64,000 bases of DNA from Octopus sinensis (lineage: Eukaryota), in contig NC_043007.1 in NCBI RefSeq assembly GCF_006345805.1, positions 26,660,001-26,724,000 of the forward strand. The letters are read 5' to 3'. Position 1 is the stretch's first letter. The number at the start of each line of letters is the position of its first letter. This document shows positions 1 to 12,659 of this stretch, piece by piece. The position numbers and the translations under genes were made by a program. The notes beneath the pieces were generated by a model. The model ran no database searches, was not told the DNA's origin, and worked only from the letters and a program-made list of their open reading frames with translations.

Positions 1-582
1 CCCCGCCACTTAGCGGTTCGGCCAAAGAGACCGATAGAATAAGTACTGGGCTTACAAAGAATAAGTCCCGGGGTCGATTTGCTCGACTAAAGGCGGTGCT
101 CCAGCATGGCCGCAGTCAAATGACTCAAACAAGTAAAAGAGTAAAGAGTAACTACAACTATCGATGCAACAACAATAACAATAACAACAGAAGCAGCAGC
201 GGTAGTAGCAGCAGCAGCGGCAAGAACAACAACAGAAAGAAGAGCCACCATAACAATAAACAAGAAGAAGAACAATAACAACAATAAGAACTGCTAAGAA
301 TAAGCAGCAGCAACTACAGAGTGGAGGTGCAATGGCCCAGTGGTTAGGACAACGGATTCGCGGTCGTAAGAACGTGGTTTCGATTTCCAGACAGGGCATT
401 GTGAGTATTTATTGAGCAAAAACACCTAAGCTCCACGAGGCTCCTGCGGGGGATGGTAGTAAACTGTCTTTTATCTTTTACTTGCTTCAGTCATTGGTTT
501 ACGGCCATAAGCACAGATAAGAAAGACGCACACAAATACCTACATACATTTATACATTCTTGTATGCATATATATATGTATG

Positions 583-615
<33 letters not shown>

Positions 616-616
<1 letters not shown>

Positions 617-867
617 AATATTAGTTATCGCCATACTAATATGGCATTCTTATAAAAATAAGAATAAAGCTGACCACTTATTAGCTCCATGAGGCCATCG
701 CCTTAAGTTAGCTATTTGATACACAAACTGTATCCATATAACCTTTGAACAAGGGAGGTCAGTCGCTCCACACTACTTAAGGCGATGGCCTCATGGAGCT
801 AATAAGTGGTCAGCTTTATTCTTATTTTTATAAGAATGCCATATTAGTATGGCGATAACTAATATTT
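616..867. mobile_element. Fold-back/MITE-like element with perfect 93-bp inverted arms
   Basis: 616-708 is the exact reverse complement of 775-867; 66-bp spacer. Confidence 0.75.
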
Positions 868-922
868 TCCGGGAACGCTGCCGTTGTTCTCTTTTAGAGA
901 GACTTAGTAATTTTAATATTTC

Positions 923-960
<38 letters not shown>

Positions 961-961
<1 letters not shown>

Positions 962-2526
962 GTAAACAGTAAAATTAAATACAGACATGGACAAGAACAT
1001 GAAACACCACAGAGACGACACAAGAACCACAGGACGGGACATTCGAGCCCTCAGTCATCAGTCAAGAACCAGATCATCTTAGCAATTTCGGCTGATAATC
1101 TTGAGATTGCTCCGATATGGCCAGCCCGCCAAGGGGAATCTAAGCCAAGCGCATTAGATCCCCTGGAAAAAGCTTCGAATGTATACCAACGAAAGGACGG
1201 AAAACGATCGAAGTACACAACACAAATACAGAATACGTGACCCATAAATACAAAAACGTAAAAACAATAACGGTAAAATAAAAAATAAACAACAAAAACA
1301 AACCAGGACGTAGGACAAGGGTCTTTCGACAGGACGATTTGAGTAGGGGCTGGCTTGTGAAGTTGTGCCTAAAGGCCACGGGGAGACGAACAAATCTGTG
1401 TTGCTTCTGAGGCTGCTGAAAACGAAAAGAGCGCTCAACGCGCTAGCTGTCACGTGAGAACAAAAGACAGGAGAAAGGGACAGATGAAAAGGGAGAGAAG
1501 GTGGACGAGGGAGGAGAAGAAGAGACAGATCGAGGGGGCTGGAGGTGAGAGAGATAGAGAAACGTAGAAAGGGGGGGGGACGGATGAGAGGGAAAGAACG
1601 GAAGTGGAAAAAGGGAGGAGGGAGAGAGAGAAAAAGAGACAGATTAAGAGTCGTATCAAAGCTTGAGAAAAAAATATACTTATCGTATAAGGACAATTGT
1701 GGATACGTAGCCGCCGATTATATAGGTAAACAGTAAAATTAAATACAGACCATGGACAAGAACATGAAACACCACAGAGACGACACAAGAACCACAGGAC
1801 GGGACATTCGAAGCCCTCAGTCATCAGTCAAGAACCAGATCATCTTAGCAATTTCGGCTGATTAATCTTGAGATTGCTCCGATATGGCCAGCCCGCCAAG
1901 GGGAATCTAAGCCAACGCATTAGATCCCCTGGAAGAAAGCTTCGAATGTATACAACGAAAGGACGGAAAACGATCGAAGTACACAAACAAAAATACAGAA
2001 TACGTGACACCAATAAGAATACAAAAACGTAAAAACAATAACGGTAAAATAAAAAATAAACAAAACAAAACAAACCAGGACGTAGGACAAGGGTCTTTCG
2101 ACAGGACGATTTGAGTAGGGGCTGGCTTGTGAAGTTGTGCCTAAAGGCCACGGAGAGACGAACAAATCTGTGTTGCTTCTGAGGCTGCTGAAAACGAAAA
2201 GAGCGCTCAACAGCGGCTAGCTGTCACGTGAGAACAAAAGACAGGAGAAAGGGACAGATGAAAAGGGAGAGAAGGTGGACGAGGGAGGAGAGAAAGAGAC
2301 AGATCGAGGGGGCTGGAGGTGAGAGAGATAGAGAACGTAGAAGGGGGGGGGGGACGGATGGAGAGGAAAGAACGGAAGTGGAAAAAGGGAGGAGGGAGAG
2401 AGAGAGAAAAAGAGACAGATTAAGAGTCGTATCAAAGCTTGAGAAAAAAATATACTTATCGTATAAGGACAATTGTGGATACGTAGCCGCGATTATATAG
2501 GTAAACAGTAAAATTAAATACAGACA
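961..2526. repeat. Tandem repeat: two ~770-bp units plus 27 bp of a third
   Basis: GGTAAACAGTAAAATTAAATACAGAC occurs at 961, 1725 and 2500; the units are near-identical; flanked by (AT)n. Confidence 0.92.
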
Positions 2527-2848
2527 TATATATATATATGTAATATAATATATATATGTATATAAATATATACATATATATATATATATATATTTTACAT
2601 ATATATATATATATATGCCTATTTGGTATATATACATATGTATATACATACATATGTATGTGTGTGTTTGTATACATATATTTTTGCTGCTGCTGCTGTT
2701 GTTTTTGTTCTACATCTTTGCATCCTCGCTTGAGCAGACCTATGATCAAAAGCATTCCCTCTTTGATCATACTGTTTTTTATCGACATTGTCGTCGTCGT
2801 CGCCGTTGTTGTTTAACCCCAGGTCAGCTTTGTCTAAGGAGACCTATG

Positions 2849-2893
<45 letters not shown>

Positions 2894-4085
2894 CAAATTC
2901 AAATAAACGGATATAAAACAAAAACAACAACAACAAACAACGAACATACGAAGGTGCACAACAAGTATATTAGCTTGGCGCACGGTGAAAAGAGAGAGTT
3001 TAATGTTTGGAGTATAGCTCTTCGTCAGAAGAACTCGCTAACGTACATATATATGCAAATTCACTGCAGCTACCATGGAGAAAATATTTTCTCTTCATGT
3101 AATAAGAGTAAAAACGACATATTTGTCCAGTGCTGCTCCCTGTCGGATTCCCAGACGTGTTTATAGCTCTTTAGCCATGATCAATGAGAAATATCAAAGG
3201 GAGGTAACTCTGAATATATTTAAAGCTGTAGATGAAACGTGGGATAATATGTCTCAAATTTAACCTTAGTTTAGAAGTAATGTAACCTTAACTTTAAACC
3301 TGTGAATGAAATACGAGATGACGCAACTCTAATTTAAGCAATTCGTAGAACGCTTGATGGCATATCGAGTAACGTTCCTCCATTTAAGCTTTAGAATGGT
3401 AGAAAGACCACAAGGTGATCTGGACATTATTTTACTTTAGATTAGTGAACGATACCTAGGGTACTTTGGTTCAGTTTTGGCCTTGAATGGTTTGTGATAC
3501 ACGGGATGATATTAGCTTAGCTGAGCATTCATAGAGCGGCGGAACACAGAATCTGAATCGCATCACTGGTGGTTATGCTGGTGTTGGTGGTGGTGGTTGT
3601 GGAGGCACCGACAGTGGCGATGACAGTAGGGATGGTGGTGGTGGTGGTGGTGGTAGAGACCGTCTCCCCTCATTACTAATATCCTTTCTACAATACGCAT
3701 GAGGCCTGAAATTTTGAGGGGAAGAGACTAGTCGAAAAGATCCACCCTAGTGTCCAACTGGTACTTCTTTTATCGACCGCCGAAAGGCTGAAATGTAAAG
3801 ACGACCTCAGCGTAATTTGAACTCAGAACGTAACGACGGACGAAATGCCGCAAAGCATTTTGTCCGGCTCGCTAACAATTGACTCTTTAAGTATTGGATA
3901 TGTTCAAATGCCACCGTATTTGACTTTGCTGTTTATCCAGATCGGAAAATCCACAATTACGAAAGAGGAAATAGTCAAGTGCTGGAGACGATTAAAGTGG
4001 CTTTCCTCGCCATTCTTACTAAAAGATAAAACGTTTCTAGCTGTGTGTTTATACAAGAAATCAAATTTACATTTCTTTCTAAAGA

Positions 4086-4402
4086 CTCCGCCGGTTACGA
4101 CGACGAGGGTCCCAGCTGATACGATCAACGGAACAGCTTGCTCGTGAAATTAACGTGCAAATGGCTGAGCATTCCACAGACACGTGTACCCTTAACGTAG
4201 TTCTCGGGGATAATCAGCGTGACACAGAGAGTGACAAGGCTGACCCTTTGAAATACAAGTAAACTCATTTTTGCCAGCTGAGTGGACTGGAGCAACGTGA
4301 AATAAAGTGTCTTGCTCAAGGACACAACGCGTCGCCGGGAATCGAACTCACAACCTTACGATCATGAGCCGAATGCCCTAACCACTAAGCCACGCGCCCT
4401 CA
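4086..4402 (-). mobile_element. SINE-D head (GTGTCCTTGAGCAAGACAC) fused to the SINE-A 3' module
   Basis: The tRNA-like head matches 57500-57645 and 18960-19070; the tail matches SINE-A. Confidence 0.82.
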
Positions 4403-5558
4403 CTTACATTTCTTAATGCGCAATTGTCTAACACCGTGGTGGTGATAGTGTTGGTGATAGTGCTGGTGGTGAGTGCGATAGCGGTGATAGTGGTCATGTT
4501 GGCGGTGGTGTTGCAATGTGAGGTTGTGATGGTGGTGGTGGTGGTAGCGGTAGTGGGGTGATAGTGGTGGTGGTGTCGGTGGTGGTGGTGGTGGTAGTGG
4601 TGGTAGTGGGGTGGATAGTGGTGGTGGTGTCGGTGGTGCTGCTTCTGGTGGTGGTTGTGGTAGTGGTGAGATGGTGGTGGTAGTGGTGAGGTGATGGTGC
4701 TTGTAGTGGTGGTGGTATCGGTAGTGGTGCGTCTTGTCGTGGTGGTGGTGGTGTTAGTGGTGGTGCTTCTGGTAGTGGTGGTGGCAGTGGTGGAGTGGTA
4801 GTGTGGTGGTGTGGCAGTGGTGCTTGTCATTGTGGTGGTAATGGTGGTGGTGATAGTGGTGGTGGTGGTGGTTGCCATGGTGATGGTTGTCATGGGGGTG
4901 TGGTGGTGGAGGTGGTGTCGGTGATGTTAGCGGTGGTTGTGGTGGAGCAGTATCGATGGCGTCTGTATGGTCGTGGTGGGATAGTCACGGTGGGGATGGT
5001 GGGGTGGAGGGAGGCTGATCATTGTCGTGGCAGATGTGGTGGTAGTGATGGCAAGATGTGTGACAGTGGTGGTGAAAGAGTGGATGCCGATGGTTGTAAT
5101 ACTGTTGCTGCTGGTATCGCTGCTGCTTCTTGTGGTGGTGGTGGTGGTGGTTTTGGTGGTGGTAGTGGTGGTGGTGGTCGGCATGGTGGTGGTGCCGATG
5201 GTGGTGGTGGTGACGGTGATAGCGCTATTGATGGTGCTGTCATCCCTGAATAAACGACAGACTGGGCGTTTTCCTTCAGCTACATTTAGGTCGCAATTTC
5301 AAAAATATTCCATAAGTTCTTTCTTTTGGCACGATGCCACTAATTTCGAGGATGAGTTACAGTCGATTATATCAGGCTCCGCTTTTGCAAGACATTTCAT
5401 TTCACCAAAACCTCAAGGGAAATATATACCCATCCTCAGTCTCAGCAGAATTCGAAATCAGAAGTTAAAGGATCACATCAAAATATTTCTAGGGAATTTC
5501 GCCGCTATTTTACCGATCCGTAAATAACTGGGAAGACGGGCTTAGACGAGTACATTGA

Positions 5559-5611
<53 letters not shown>

Positions 5612-5977
5612 ATGGTGGTGGTGGTGGTAGTGGTGGTGGTGGTGGTGGTGGTGGTGGTGGTGGTGGTGGTGGTGAGCTGGCAGAATCGTTCACACACCGA
5701 GCGAACTGCTTAGCGGTTCTTCGTCTGCCGCTACGTTCTGAGTTCAAATTCCACCGAGGTCAACTTTGCCTTTCATCCTTTCGAGATCGATGAAATAAGT
5801 ATCAGTTAAATACTGGGGTTGATGTAATCGACTCATCTCCTCCCAAAAATTGCTGCCCATGTGGCAATTATCATTATTATTATTATTTTATTATTATTAT
5901 TATTATTATATTATATTATTATTATTATATTATTATTATTATTATTATATTATTATTATATTATTATTAATATTATT

Positions 5978-7072
5978 GAGTGAGACAGCAGTCCATGCCA
6001 TCAAAGTGACACTGGGGTACAACTATGCGAAGCCCAGTATACTCATCATGACTCCCTATCTGATAAGGGTACACCAGCAACGCATCACAACAATATATGT
6101 GTTACATGGTGATCTCGTATCAAGATGAACAGCGCATAACATTGCAGGTGGCCAGTCAGAATTTTCTTCAGGTCGAGTAGCCTATCCCGCTGAGAAGGTC
6201 CTTGAATAAGGGTGGTTTAAGAATGGTGAAAAAAATACCTATGTTTCCAAAGGTGAATTATCCAAACCCTAAAGAATTCTTCAACGCACATGACTCTGAG
6301 CTCTCCCACTACTTCTGCTCGTGATCAGGGATGCACATATCGTCAGCCACTAAGGAACATGCTCAAATGGTTATAGTCAAACAAATGACAAGCAAGTTTG
6401 TGGATTTGAGCAGAATATTTACTATAGCCCATCTTTTATACCAAGACAAAACAATGTACATGATAACACTTCCAGTCAGTTAAGATCAGAATCCACGAGA
6501 GCCACTGCCTGGAACTTATTATTATTATTATGTGTGAGAGCGCAGTTCATGCCATCAAAGTGACACTGGGGTAAAATATACGAAGCCCAATATACCCATC
6601 ATGACCACCCGTCTGATAAAGGTACACCAGGCACATGCATCACAACCATATGTGCGCGACATGGTGATCTCATATCAAGATAAACAGGACATGACCTTGC
6701 AGGTGGGGCCCAGTTAGAATTTTCTTCAGGTTGAGTAGCCCATCCGCTCAAACGGTCCCTGAATAAGGGTTGTTTAAGAATGTTGAAAGAACCACCCATG
6801 TTTCCAGCGGTGAACTATTCAAACCCCAAAGAATCCCACTCAACACATGGCTATGATGCCCCCCACTACTTCTGCTCGTGATCAAGGATGCACATCTCGT
6901 CAGCCACTAAGGGACATGCTCAAATGGTTATGGTCAAACAAATGACAAGCAAGTTTGTGGATTTGAGCAGAATATTTACTGTAGCCCATCTTGTATACCA
7001 AGACAAAACAATGTACATGATAACACTTCCAGTCAGTTAAGATCAGAAGCCACGAGAGCCATTGCCTGGTAC
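5978..7072 (-). repeat. Tandem pair of a ~540-bp interspersed repeat with (TAA)n tail; third partial copy at 12671-13128 (opposite strand)
   Basis: 5978-6515 and 6533-7072 align end to end, separated and flanked by (TTA)n. Confidence 0.8.
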
Positions 7073-7116
<44 letters not shown>

Positions 7117-7216
7117 GATTATTATTGCCACTGGGCGCATTTACTCAATATACAGAGGAACCAAAACAATATCTAACATGAATTATTTAAAGATTTTAAA
7201 GTCACATTCAATAATT

Positions 7217-7598
7217 GGGAAGCACTCCGTCGGTTATGACGACGAGGGTTCCGGTTGATCCGATCAACGGAACAGCCTGCTCGTGAAATTAACGTGTAAG
7301 TGGCTGAGCACTCCACAGACACGTGTACCCTTAACGTAGTTCTCGGGGATATTCAGCGTGACAGAGAGAGTGACAAGGCCGACCCTTTGAAATACAGGTA
7401 CAACAGAAACAGGAAGTAAGAGTGAGAGAAAGTTGTGGTGAAAGAGTACAGCAGGGATCACCACCATCCCCTGCCGGAGGCTCGTGTAGCTTTAGGGGTT
7501 TTCGCTCAATAAACACTCACAACGCCTGGTCTGAGAATCGAAACCGCGATCCTATGATCGCGAGTCCGCTGCCCTAACCACTGGGCCATTGCGCCTCC
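7217..7598 (-). mobile_element. SINE-A, full length
   Basis: Reverse complement of 29987-30368; TSD CACATTCAATAATT (7203-7216, 7598-7611). Confidence 0.92.
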
Positions 7599-8300
7599 AC
7601 ATTCAATAATTACGTATTACACGAATAATCCTACATACGTAAGTAAATATTCGATAATTTAAGAAAATAAGAAAAAAACAGTCAAGAGCTGACCAAGCGG
7701 TACAAGGTCCAAAATCCATTAGTTATTGGAACCTATAACTCGGGTGCAACTAAAATTGCCCGTGCGCAATATTATGCAGTTGAGGTGGGGATCAAACACA
7801 TCAAATGACCCTTGGGAATACCTATTTTATTGCATGATAAAGCACGAGTGTGAAATACTTACTAATACATTCTGTACCGAGTTTAGGCATCACGTGACAC
7901 AGCAATGACGTCATCGACTCAAGTTACAAGAAAAACTTTGTATGTGTGAAGTCTGTGGCGAAATAGACAGACAGTTAGTCAGCTAGAATGTTAAGTATAA
8001 TTAGTCAGTGTTAGTCATATACAGCATTAATTTGTATTAGTTAGTGAGACAGGCTGCTAGTTAGTTTTTAATTAAAGAACAGGCGGTGTTTTGATTGAAA
8101 CTCAACATTACCCTTGGGAGATAACTAAGATGCTATTGACAAATAACATCATAGGTATATACGTATAACTCTAATATTTAAAGGGTTTCCTTGCCTTTTT
8201 TTGCTTGCTGCACTCTCACACATACATAAATATATATATATATATATACATATGCATATATCTATCAATATGTATATATATGTACATATATATGTATATA

Positions 8301-8511
8301 CTCTTTACTCTTTTTACTCTCTTACTTGTTTCAGTCATTTGACTGCGGCCATGCTGGAGCACCGCCTTTAATCGAGCAACTCGACCCGGGACTTATTCTT
8401 TTGTAAGCCCAGTACTTATTCTATCGGTCTCTTTTGCCGAACCGCTAAGTAACGGGGACATAAACACACCAGCATCGGTTGTCAAGGAATGCTAGGGGGA
8501 CAAACACACAA

Positions 8512-8544
<33 letters not shown>

Positions 8545-8715
8545 CATATATACGACAGGCTTCTTTCAGTTTCCGTCTACCAGATCCACTCACAGGGCAT
8601 TGGTCGGCCCGGGGCTATAGAAGAAGACAGTTGCCCAAGATGCCACGCAGTGGAACTGAACCCGGAACCATGTGGTTGGTTAGCAAGCTACTTACCACAC
8701 AGCCACTCTTGCGCC

Positions 8716-8716
<1 letters not shown>
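8301..8716 (-). mobile_element. SINE-C, full length, with internal (TA/TG)n tract
   Basis: tRNA-like head GAGTGGCTGTGTGGTAAG...GGTTCAGTTCC, internal microsatellite, and tail CAGCATGGCCGCAGTCAAATGACTGAAACAAGTAA(GAGTAAAA)n. Partial copies at 1-150, 28190-28620, 28790-29575, 37090-37460, 38060-38260, 48185-48370 and 51610-52135. Confidence 0.9.
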
Positions 8717-8749
<33 letters not shown>

Positions 8750-8934
8750 AGAGGGATGACCATAAGGTGGACAACCCTTATGCTAGAAGTAGATCCGCTA
8801 TGGTCTTACCACTAAGAAATGTTCTCAAGAAAATTCAGCAAACGCCAGAACGTAATCGAACAAGACAAATGATATATAATAAAAATATAGATTAATTATG
8901 GACATGTTTCGCTATTAACATTTTTAACTTTACT

Positions 8935-8972
<38 letters not shown>

Positions 8973-9162
8973 ATTTTTTTTTTTTTTTCCTCTATCTTCC
9001 CTTATCGGGATCTCTCCTTCTCTTTTGTTTCCGACGAAGAGCTCCGCTCGAAACCTTAAACCCTCCTTCCCTTCTTTCCTGAGCGTCAAATAATACTTTA
9101 ATTGTTCCACGTCCTCGCGTTGCTGTGTTTTTTGTTCTGTGTTTTCTTGTTTGGATTAACTA

Positions 9163-9195
<33 letters not shown>

Positions 9196-9199
9196 ATAC

Positions 9200-9440
9200 T
9201 GTGGGGAGAATCATTCTCTTTTGGCGCCTTGTACTTTAACACACTCACCGGTAAAATTTTCACTTATTTCTTTTTTATTTTTCTAAAATGTTCGTTGCGT
9301 CTTGCAACCTTTTCAATAATTTTGATTCTTAAATTATAAGGCACCAAAAGAGAATGACTCTCTTCCGACACAACAGAATATGCTTCAACACACGAACTCA
9401 CATAAAGAAGCTTGCAAACCAAATCCCCAAACGAAATATA
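9200..9440. mobile_element. Second copy of the 26362 fold-back family, with a different inversion junction
   Basis: Shares CACCGGTAAA...GTTGCGTCTTGCAACCTTTTCAATA and the ACACAACAGAA...CTTGCAAACCAAATCC tail. Confidence 0.65.
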
Positions 9441-9447
9441 TATATAT

Positions 9448-9484
<37 letters not shown>

Positions 9485-9961
9485 ATATCACCGCTTTAAG
9501 CGAGTCCTGCAATCATTATTGACATTGCTGTATGCCGGTTCACAAAAAATACCGGGGGCGGGGTAGGGGGGTCGATTATAATCGACTTCCAGTCAATCTT
9601 GAAATTGCTGGCCTTGTGCCAAAATTTGTAAAACAACTGTTAATTCGGCGGCAAGCTGATAGCATCGTTTGGAAGCTGGACTAAATATTTGTGGCATTTA
9701 ATCCGGCTTTACGTTCCTAGTACAAATGCGACGGGGTCGACTTTACTTTTTATCCTTTCGTGGTCGATAAAATAAATAAGCAGTTGAGCACCGGAGTCGA
9801 TGTAATCGACTTACCCGTTCCCCCGGGCTTGTTGATTTTTTCTTCCAAACCCGAAATCAATTTTATGCAATAGGCTCGAAATTTGGGAGGGAGGGTACTA
9901 GTCGATTAGATCAACCTGGTAGTTAATTTAGTTCTATATTTAAGAGATGGAGAATTATTTG

Positions 9962-10175
9962 CATTATTCACATTACTTACATTTGACGGATATTTGTCCT
10001 CATATTGTTTGTTGTTAACACAACGTTTCGGCTGATATACCCTCCAGCCTTCATCAGGTTCGATATTTCCCCAAGACACCTGATGAAGGCTGGAGGGTGT
10101 ATCAGCCGAAACGTTGTGTTAACAACAAACAAGATGAGGACAAATATCCGTCAAATGTAAATAATGTAAATAATG
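9962..10175. mobile_element. Penelope-type pLTR remnant in inverted (fold-back) arrangement
   Basis: 98-bp arms (9962-10059, 10078-10175) with 4 mismatches and an 18-bp spacer. Each arm carries CTGATGAAGGCTG...CAGCCGAAACGT. Confidence 0.8.
10075..10120 (+). ncRNA. Minimal hammerhead ribozyme motif (predicted)
   Basis: GACAC-CTGATGA-A-GGCTG(10 nt)CAGCC-GAA-ACGT-T-GTGTT gives stem I, core, stem II, a palindromic loopless stem III and a GUU site. Confidence 0.7.
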
Positions 10176-10491
10176 GTACTTAATTTATCGACCTCGAAAG
10201 TCAACCTCGGCGGAATTTGGACTCAGAACGTAAAGACAGAGGAAATACCGCTTAGCATTTCGCTCGGCGTGCTAACGTTTCTTATTCCTTTACTGCCCAC
10301 AAGGGGCTACATACAGAGGGGATAAACAAGGACAGACAAACGTTTCTGCCAGCTCGCAGCCTTCGATTCTGTGCAATATTTACACAAGACTAGAATTTTG
10401 ATCTGAGGCTGTAAAGAACCGTAAATAATACCAACTGGCTGTTTGACCGACTTTCTGACTATGCACAACCAAGAGATTTAAAAAATTAATA

Positions 10492-11057
10492 TTGGGTTGT
10501 CCAGAAAGTTCGTACCGATTTTTAAAGGAAAGAAAATGGTCAATAAATACTTGCCATTACATTTTTAATCAACCAAATATGAACCATTTTGTTGCACAAT
10601 GCGTCTCCATCTTTCCTTTAACTTCAAAATACCCTCTTCCCAGAATTGAGGTGGTTTCATGGCAAAGAATTCACCAAGGTATCTTTTTACGTCATCCAAG
10701 GAATTGAAATTTTTACCATTAAAACTATTCTGCAGAGACCTGAATGAATAGAAATCCGAAGCAGCAATATCTGGTGAATATGGAGTGTGGGGTAACACAT
10801 CCCATCCGAGCCGCAGCAATTTTTGTCTGGTTCCCAAAGCATCAAGTGCCGAAAATGAACTTTCTTATCGTCCATTTTAACGGGTTACAGAATTAACACA
10901 GGTTATAGGAACATAAACCTTCTTCCACGAAAAGACAGCTTAAACTCTGCTCTAAATGGATGTGTAGTCAAATCCTATTTTATGGACTCAACCATGTTCT
11001 AAAATAAGTCGAAAGGTAAGCTACTAGAAATCGGCACGAACTTTCCGGACAACCCAA
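10492..11057 (-). mobile_element. Internally deleted mariner with TIRs and TA TSD
   Basis: ~30-bp TIRs TTGGGTTGTCC(A/G)GAAAGTTCGT(A/G)CCGATTT flanked by TA. Transposase C-terminus LGWDVLPHTPYSPDIAASDF...WEEGILKLKERW. Confidence 0.92.
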
Positions 11058-11440
11058 TAAGTACTTACTAAAACCGTGCTCAGTTTTGGTATCACGTGAC
11101 GAAACAATGACATCATCCATAAACAAGTTACAAGAAAACATCAAGTGTTGTTTGTGGTAAACATACTATTAGTCAATTAGGAAGTTTTTAATATATTGTG
11201 TCACCATTAGTCATAATTAGTATTAGATTATATTAGTTTCCACTTATTAGTCTGCTAGTTAAGAAGAAAAAAGAACACGGAATGCTTGATTCAAGCGCAT
11301 TATCCCTTCGCAATGGTAATTTACTGGGACATAGATTTCTATTAAATGTTTAAACTCTGTTTCACAATGCCTTATGGAAAATAAGTTGCGGCATTTGAAC
11401 CCAGCAGGCGATCTTACTATTTTTCACCTTCTTCAGTATT

Positions 11441-12017
11441 ACTCTTTTACTTATTTCAGTCATTTGATTGTGGCCATGCGGGAGCACCGCCTTTAGTCGA
11501 GCAAATCGGTCCCAGCACTTATTTTTTAGAAGCCTAGTACTTATTCTATCGGTCTCTTTTTGGCGAAACCGCTGAGTTTATAGGAACATAAACCTTCTTC
11601 CATGAAAAGACAGCTTAAACTCTGCTCTAAATGGAGGTGTAGTCAAATCCTATTTTATGGACTCAACCATGTTCTAAAATAAGTCGAAAGGTAAGCTACT
11701 AGAAATCGGCACGAACTTTCCGGACAACATAATAAGTACTTACTAAAACCGTGCTCAGTTTTGGTATTACGGGGACGTAAACAAACCACCATCGGTTGTC
11801 AAGCGATGTAGGGGAGGGACAAACACAAACAGACAAACAGACACACACATACATATATATATATACATACATACGACGGTCTTCTTTCAGTTTCCGTCTA
11901 CCAAATCCACTCACAAGGCATTGGTCGGCCCGAAGCTATAGTAGAAGACACTTCCCCAAAGAGCCACACAGTGGGACTGAACCCGGAACCATGTGGTTGG
12001 TAGCCACTCCTACGCCT
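11441..12017 (-). mobile_element. SINE-C interrupted by a 190-bp foreign segment
   Basis: The consensus resumes exactly after 11578-11767. Confidence 0.85.
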
Positions 12018-12246
12018 AACAAATTCGTATTAGTATTAGTAATACATTCACGGCAACGATCTGGCAGAATCTGCCTGGGAAATTGCTTAGCAACATATCG
12101 TCCATCTTCGCGCTCTCAGTTGAAATTCCGTCGAGTAAAACCGATCTTCAGTCCAAATATACTGTTGGAATTATTTCTGTTATTTGGTGAACCGACATGC
12201 AGCAATGTTAATAATGATAGCAGGACTCGGCTATCGCGGTGAGATA

Positions 12247-12438
12247 CAGTAATTCCACGACTATCGTGGGTGTTACCCTCCAAAACACCTCGCGATAGGT
12301 GAAAATTCGCGAAGTAAAAACATTACTGTACTGTCTATTTATTTTATTATAAATGCAAAACACCACCACAGAGGAATCGACGTAAGTTTAAATAATAAAC
12401 CGCGATAGTTGAACCGTGATAGGTGAACCTCGATACTG
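12247..12438. mobile_element. Tigger-like MITE
   Basis: TA|CAGT...ACTG|TA ends with imperfect TIRs containing CGCGATAG repeats. Confidence 0.6.
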
Positions 12439-12612
12439 TAGATGATGATCATGATCATGATAATGATGACGATGATGATGACAGTGGTGGTGGTGGTTTC
12501 TATTTTGTGTTTTTGTTGTTGGTAGTGTTGGTAGTGTTTTTGTTGTTGGTAGTGATATGATAAAATTCTTTTATTAATTACCGGGGTTTAGATGAGGATG
12601 ATGATAATAATA

Positions 12613-12659
<47 letters not shown>

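Noticed and set aside
1030-1180. Hammerhead in the 770-bp tandem unit (CTGATGA...GAAT on minus)
   Set aside because: No GAAA core with closing stems II and III.
2954-3263. Tc1 transposase remnant or exon
   Set aside because: Only a vague RRVY...W resemblance; no catalytic motif or TIR.
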